The notes beneath the pieces are model-generated. The model did not search any database. It worked only from the letters and a program-made list of their open reading frames with translations, and was not told where the DNA came from. Source: Asterionella formosa (Eukaryota). From it: a DNA stretch of 47,776 bases. Positions within the stretch are counted from its first letter, which is position 1, and each line of letters begins with the position of its first letter. Position numbers and translations under genes: made by a program. Where the stretch lies: the NCBI GenBank assembly GCA_002256025.1, contig NKIB01014098.1, positions 1 through 47,776 of the forward strand. Direction: 5' to 3'. Below are positions 44,737 to 47,776 of this stretch, one piece after another.

Positions 44737-45900
44737 ATGAAAAATCGAATGGAAGAACCTGACAGTTGGGCTGTCATTGACAATCTTGATTTAGAACAAG
44801 AAATAGAAGCAGAACAACAGAGGTTTCTGTTTCTTGCAGCAGTTGCATTGTTATTTTGGAGTCATACTATGCATGAAATTCGAAGCCAGTGCGATCAGCA
44901 AAATAATGGGAGTATCAGCGATTTGCTTGACTGGAATGATCATGTCACAAAGCTTCTTCATAGACATTTGTCATGTCTATGGAGTTTATTATTCAAGTGT
45001 TTTTGCAATCACTCAAACTTTCCTTGATGCGGTGAACTTTTGCCCAGCACTATCAATTAAATTTCCAGCAACAAACAATGAGAAACAAGCCGTGTTGATG
45101 AATGGATATCTTGGAAAAAAGCGAGCAGCAACTATTTCGTGGATGCATTGGTGCTATAGATGAGTACTTACAGCCTTTTGACAAACAAAGAAAAAGGGAA
45201 TGTGATGGCTTCCCTCAAGCATATTGGTCTGGGCATTATATGTCAGCTGGATTGAATGGTCAAGCTGTTTGCAACAGTAATTGTTGTTTCCTATACTTTG
45301 GTGTCGTGACACCCGGAAAATGTCCAGATCAGAAGGTATTTGAAAGAACAAAACTTTTTCAGATTGTATCCAACCTTCGTCCAGGACAATACATAGCAGG
45401 GTGATGCTGTTTACATGTTGCCTGATCAAGTGCTCTGTCTTTGTTTGAAGTCAAAGGGAATCAACAAACACAGATGCATACAACTATTTCCTTTCACAAT
45501 TCCGCCTTAGAATTGAGATGACATTTGGGTTTCTCACCAATAAATGAAGGATCACGAGGACATCCTTGTCCTTTAGCCTAAAGAAATCAGTTGCAATTCT
45601 TTCCGCTTGTGCCTGTTTACACAATTTTCACCTACTCATGGATGATGATAAAAAGAAAGAACTTGCTAATGGAATTGAATTTCTAAATATGTTAGCTAGA
45701 ACTTGTTTATACAATGCCCAATGCTCCTCTTGGGTGGTGGGCTTATCTTCCAACTATCAGGAAGTTGGATGTAGTACACCAAGATACTTCACAGATTCGG
45801 AAAATTTTTCTTGCTGTTGTCACCAAGAATAGATTTGGGTGACCTCCAGCTAACATGTTGCGCTGACAAGCAACGTGAGCTGACTGAAATAGGATGAATG
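44737..45900 (+). pseudogene. PIF/Harbinger (DDE_Tnp_4, HARBI1-like) transposase pseudogene
   Basis: Fragments FRGCIGAIDEY, SGHYMSAGLNGQAVCNSNCCF, PGKCPDQ, YIAG/DAVY, YNYFLSQFRLRIEMTFGFLTNK*RI and ACACLHNF, spread over several frames. Confidence 0.88.
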
Positions 45901-45979
45901 TGGCATACAGGCAAAAAAAGTTAAAAGAATTTGGATTAAAAGGTAATAACAACTAAAAGTAGAAATATGCTAATTAATA

Positions 45980-46520
45980 TTAGGATCCTCCTCAGCTGTC
46001 TGTGTACAGAACTTTTCCCGTGCATCCATGGCTTCAAAAAATTCAACAAAACTGACATTCCCTTGTTACTCTTTACCATCACATTTTTGTGACACTTCAT
46101 TGCTTGCTTCTTTAGTCCAAGCTTCCTTTAACTTTTCGCGGTACATGCTACTTACAATATCCATTAGTTCCTTCTCTTGTTTTACAACAAGAAGAGTTGC
46201 TTGAGAAAATTCTGCATTGGAATTTATTTGAGAGGCAAGTTTCATTTGTGTATGGCGCTCATTTGCTTTTGAAAGTTCTATAAGCGCATCGACCACTTGT
46301 TTGGATGTGTTTTCAAGCTCATTGCTGCCATATTTTCTACCTTTTCTTCGTTAAACGGGTAGCTTAGCAACATCATCCTCTGCAGGAATGGGAATTAGAC
46401 TGTCCATACTAGCAACACCATCACTTAAACTTGGTACTGCATACTAGGCACGGAAATGTGGCACCTGTTGAAGCCATTACGACCCCATCATGTCTCAAAG
46501 ATCAATAGTCTTCAACAAAT
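45980..46520 (-). pseudogene. Probable relic of the Harbinger accessory ORF (convergent with the transposase)
   Basis: Charged helical fragments (e.g. 46066-46296) in convergent orientation to the transposase. No Myb/SANT motif is visible. Confidence 0.35.
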
Positions 46521-46602
46521 TCTTAATGAGTGTAATATTGATCACCTTTATTTGTTTCTGTATCTGGCGACTTTAAAGTGAAAGCAAATGCGATGAAGTC
46601 AT

Positions 46603-46653
46603 AGCAGCAGCAACCAACAACAACCAACAACAACCAACAACCAACAACAACAG

Positions 46654-46688
<35 letters not shown>

Positions 46689-46847
46689 ACAACAACAACA
46701 ACAACAGCAGCAACAACAGCAACAACAGCAACAACAGCAACAACAACAACAACAACAACCAACAACCAACAACCAACAACCAACAACAACCAACAACAAC
46801 CAACAACAACCAACAACAACCAACAACAACAACAATAACAACAACAA
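46603..46847. repeat. Compound microsatellite (CAA)n/(CAG)n/(CAACAAC)/(CAACAACAAC)
   Basis: Directly visible. Confidence 0.97.
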
Positions 46848-47555
46848 GCGCAAGTTGTTCACAAGTGATGAAAAGCATAATTACATGAGAAGAGATAATA
46901 ATTGCTGTTGATCCTTCCTCCCAAAATTTGTTTCCATTGTTGCCATTAGAGATAAAAATTATGTCTTTGTTGATTAATTTAATTACATGAGGTAAATTAA
47001 AATTATAATATTAGTATTGCGCAACGCTGTATCTGCAGCGATACACGCAGAGACACATTTCGGAGCAACAACAAATGTGTTGCTGGAAGGAACATACTAC
47101 CACTTAGAATTAATAAGTGGTTTCCCTAAATTTCAAGTTTTGGCAACATAAATCAGAGGCAAATAGTGGACAGAGTTGGAGCTGCTCGTAAAATACCTTG
47201 TACTCTGCTATTTTATACTTTTGTATGATGTACTCGGGATGTGCACACCAGCAGTTTAATTCAGCAGGGAGTCTGTGATACGTTTATCGGGTATACTTGT
47301 TTACCGGTTATATCCTTGAGGCACAATCAGCCTTAATAATGCTTCACTAGCTTTTCAAAATATGTGTATTTAATCGACCATAGAAAAATCTGTGAAGTTA
47401 CATACCAAAATATGTAGCAAAGATAGTATCTTAACAGAAGGGATTCCAAATGAGCACCATCTTGTTTGCGGTTCATAAGCACAGAATATAGGTCATCCAC
47501 TCAAGAATGACAGGTGCCTCCTATATTCGAATCAAATCTTGTCATACTTTTAGTC

Positions 47556-47776
47556 TCAGAGTTCCATCAAATCTCGAATCTTTGACTTGAGTTTGCCTCC
47601 ACCGATGTTGTCGCTCATGGAAAAGTATGCTTCAATTGTGTCACTTCTGTTTGCCAGGATTGGTTCGGACATGACTTCTTTGTAGGCTGTCTCATTATTT
47701 TCTAGATAGTGCACTCGCTCTAATGCCCCCTCTGGTTGTTCAATGTCATAATAAATGAAAGCTTTCGCATTGAACA
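47556..47776 (-). CDS. 3' end of a gene entering from beyond the window; probable GT10 alpha-1,3/4-fucosyltransferase
   Basis: Open frame FNAKAFIYYDIEQPEGALERVHYLENNETAYKEVMSEPILANRSDTIEAYFSMSDNIGGGKLKSKIRDLMEL*, resembling the GT10 C-terminus (FNxKAFI...L..N..AY). Not in the ORF track. Confidence 0.6.
   Translation of the reverse strand, partial: FNAKAFIYYDIEQPEGALERVHYLENNETAYKEVMSEPILANRSDTIEAYFSMSDNIGGGKLKSKIRDLMEL

Noticed and set aside
46523..46878. Poly-Leu, poly-Cys and poly-Val ORFs
   Set aside because: Translations of the microsatellite.

Overview
Eukaryotic genomic DNA, most likely a diatom or related stramenopile. This is inferred from short GT-AG introns, a bipartite-presequence-like protein and the gene families present. 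There are two assembly gaps (2807-3541, 4705-5420). Protein genes: an intronless bacterial-type RmuC nuclease, a secreted trypsin fused to a Hedgehog-type Hint/Hog autoprocessing module with a hydrophobic C-terminal tail, an SLC10A7-like Na+/bile-acid symporter (2 introns), a 2498-aa IQ-repeat protein, a TLC/NTT-like MFS transporter (1 intron), a DGAT2/MGAT acyltransferase, two hypothetical proteins, and the 3' end of a probable GT10 fucosyltransferase. Mobile DNA: a full-length but decayed Ty1/copia LTR element (14545-20443) that has no tRNA primer-binding site and sits against a tRNA-like element; three diverged copies of a Kolobok-like non-autonomous element (intact TTAA flanks in one copy) carrying a long hairpin; a TA-flanked TIR element with a non-transposase ORF; and pogo and PIF/Harbinger relics. 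The palindrome TACCGGTA is strongly enriched upstream of genes. Best candidates for new biology: the trypsin-Hint fusion, the hairpin-bearing element family and the PBS-less copia. All family assignments come from motif recognition by eye, not database searches.
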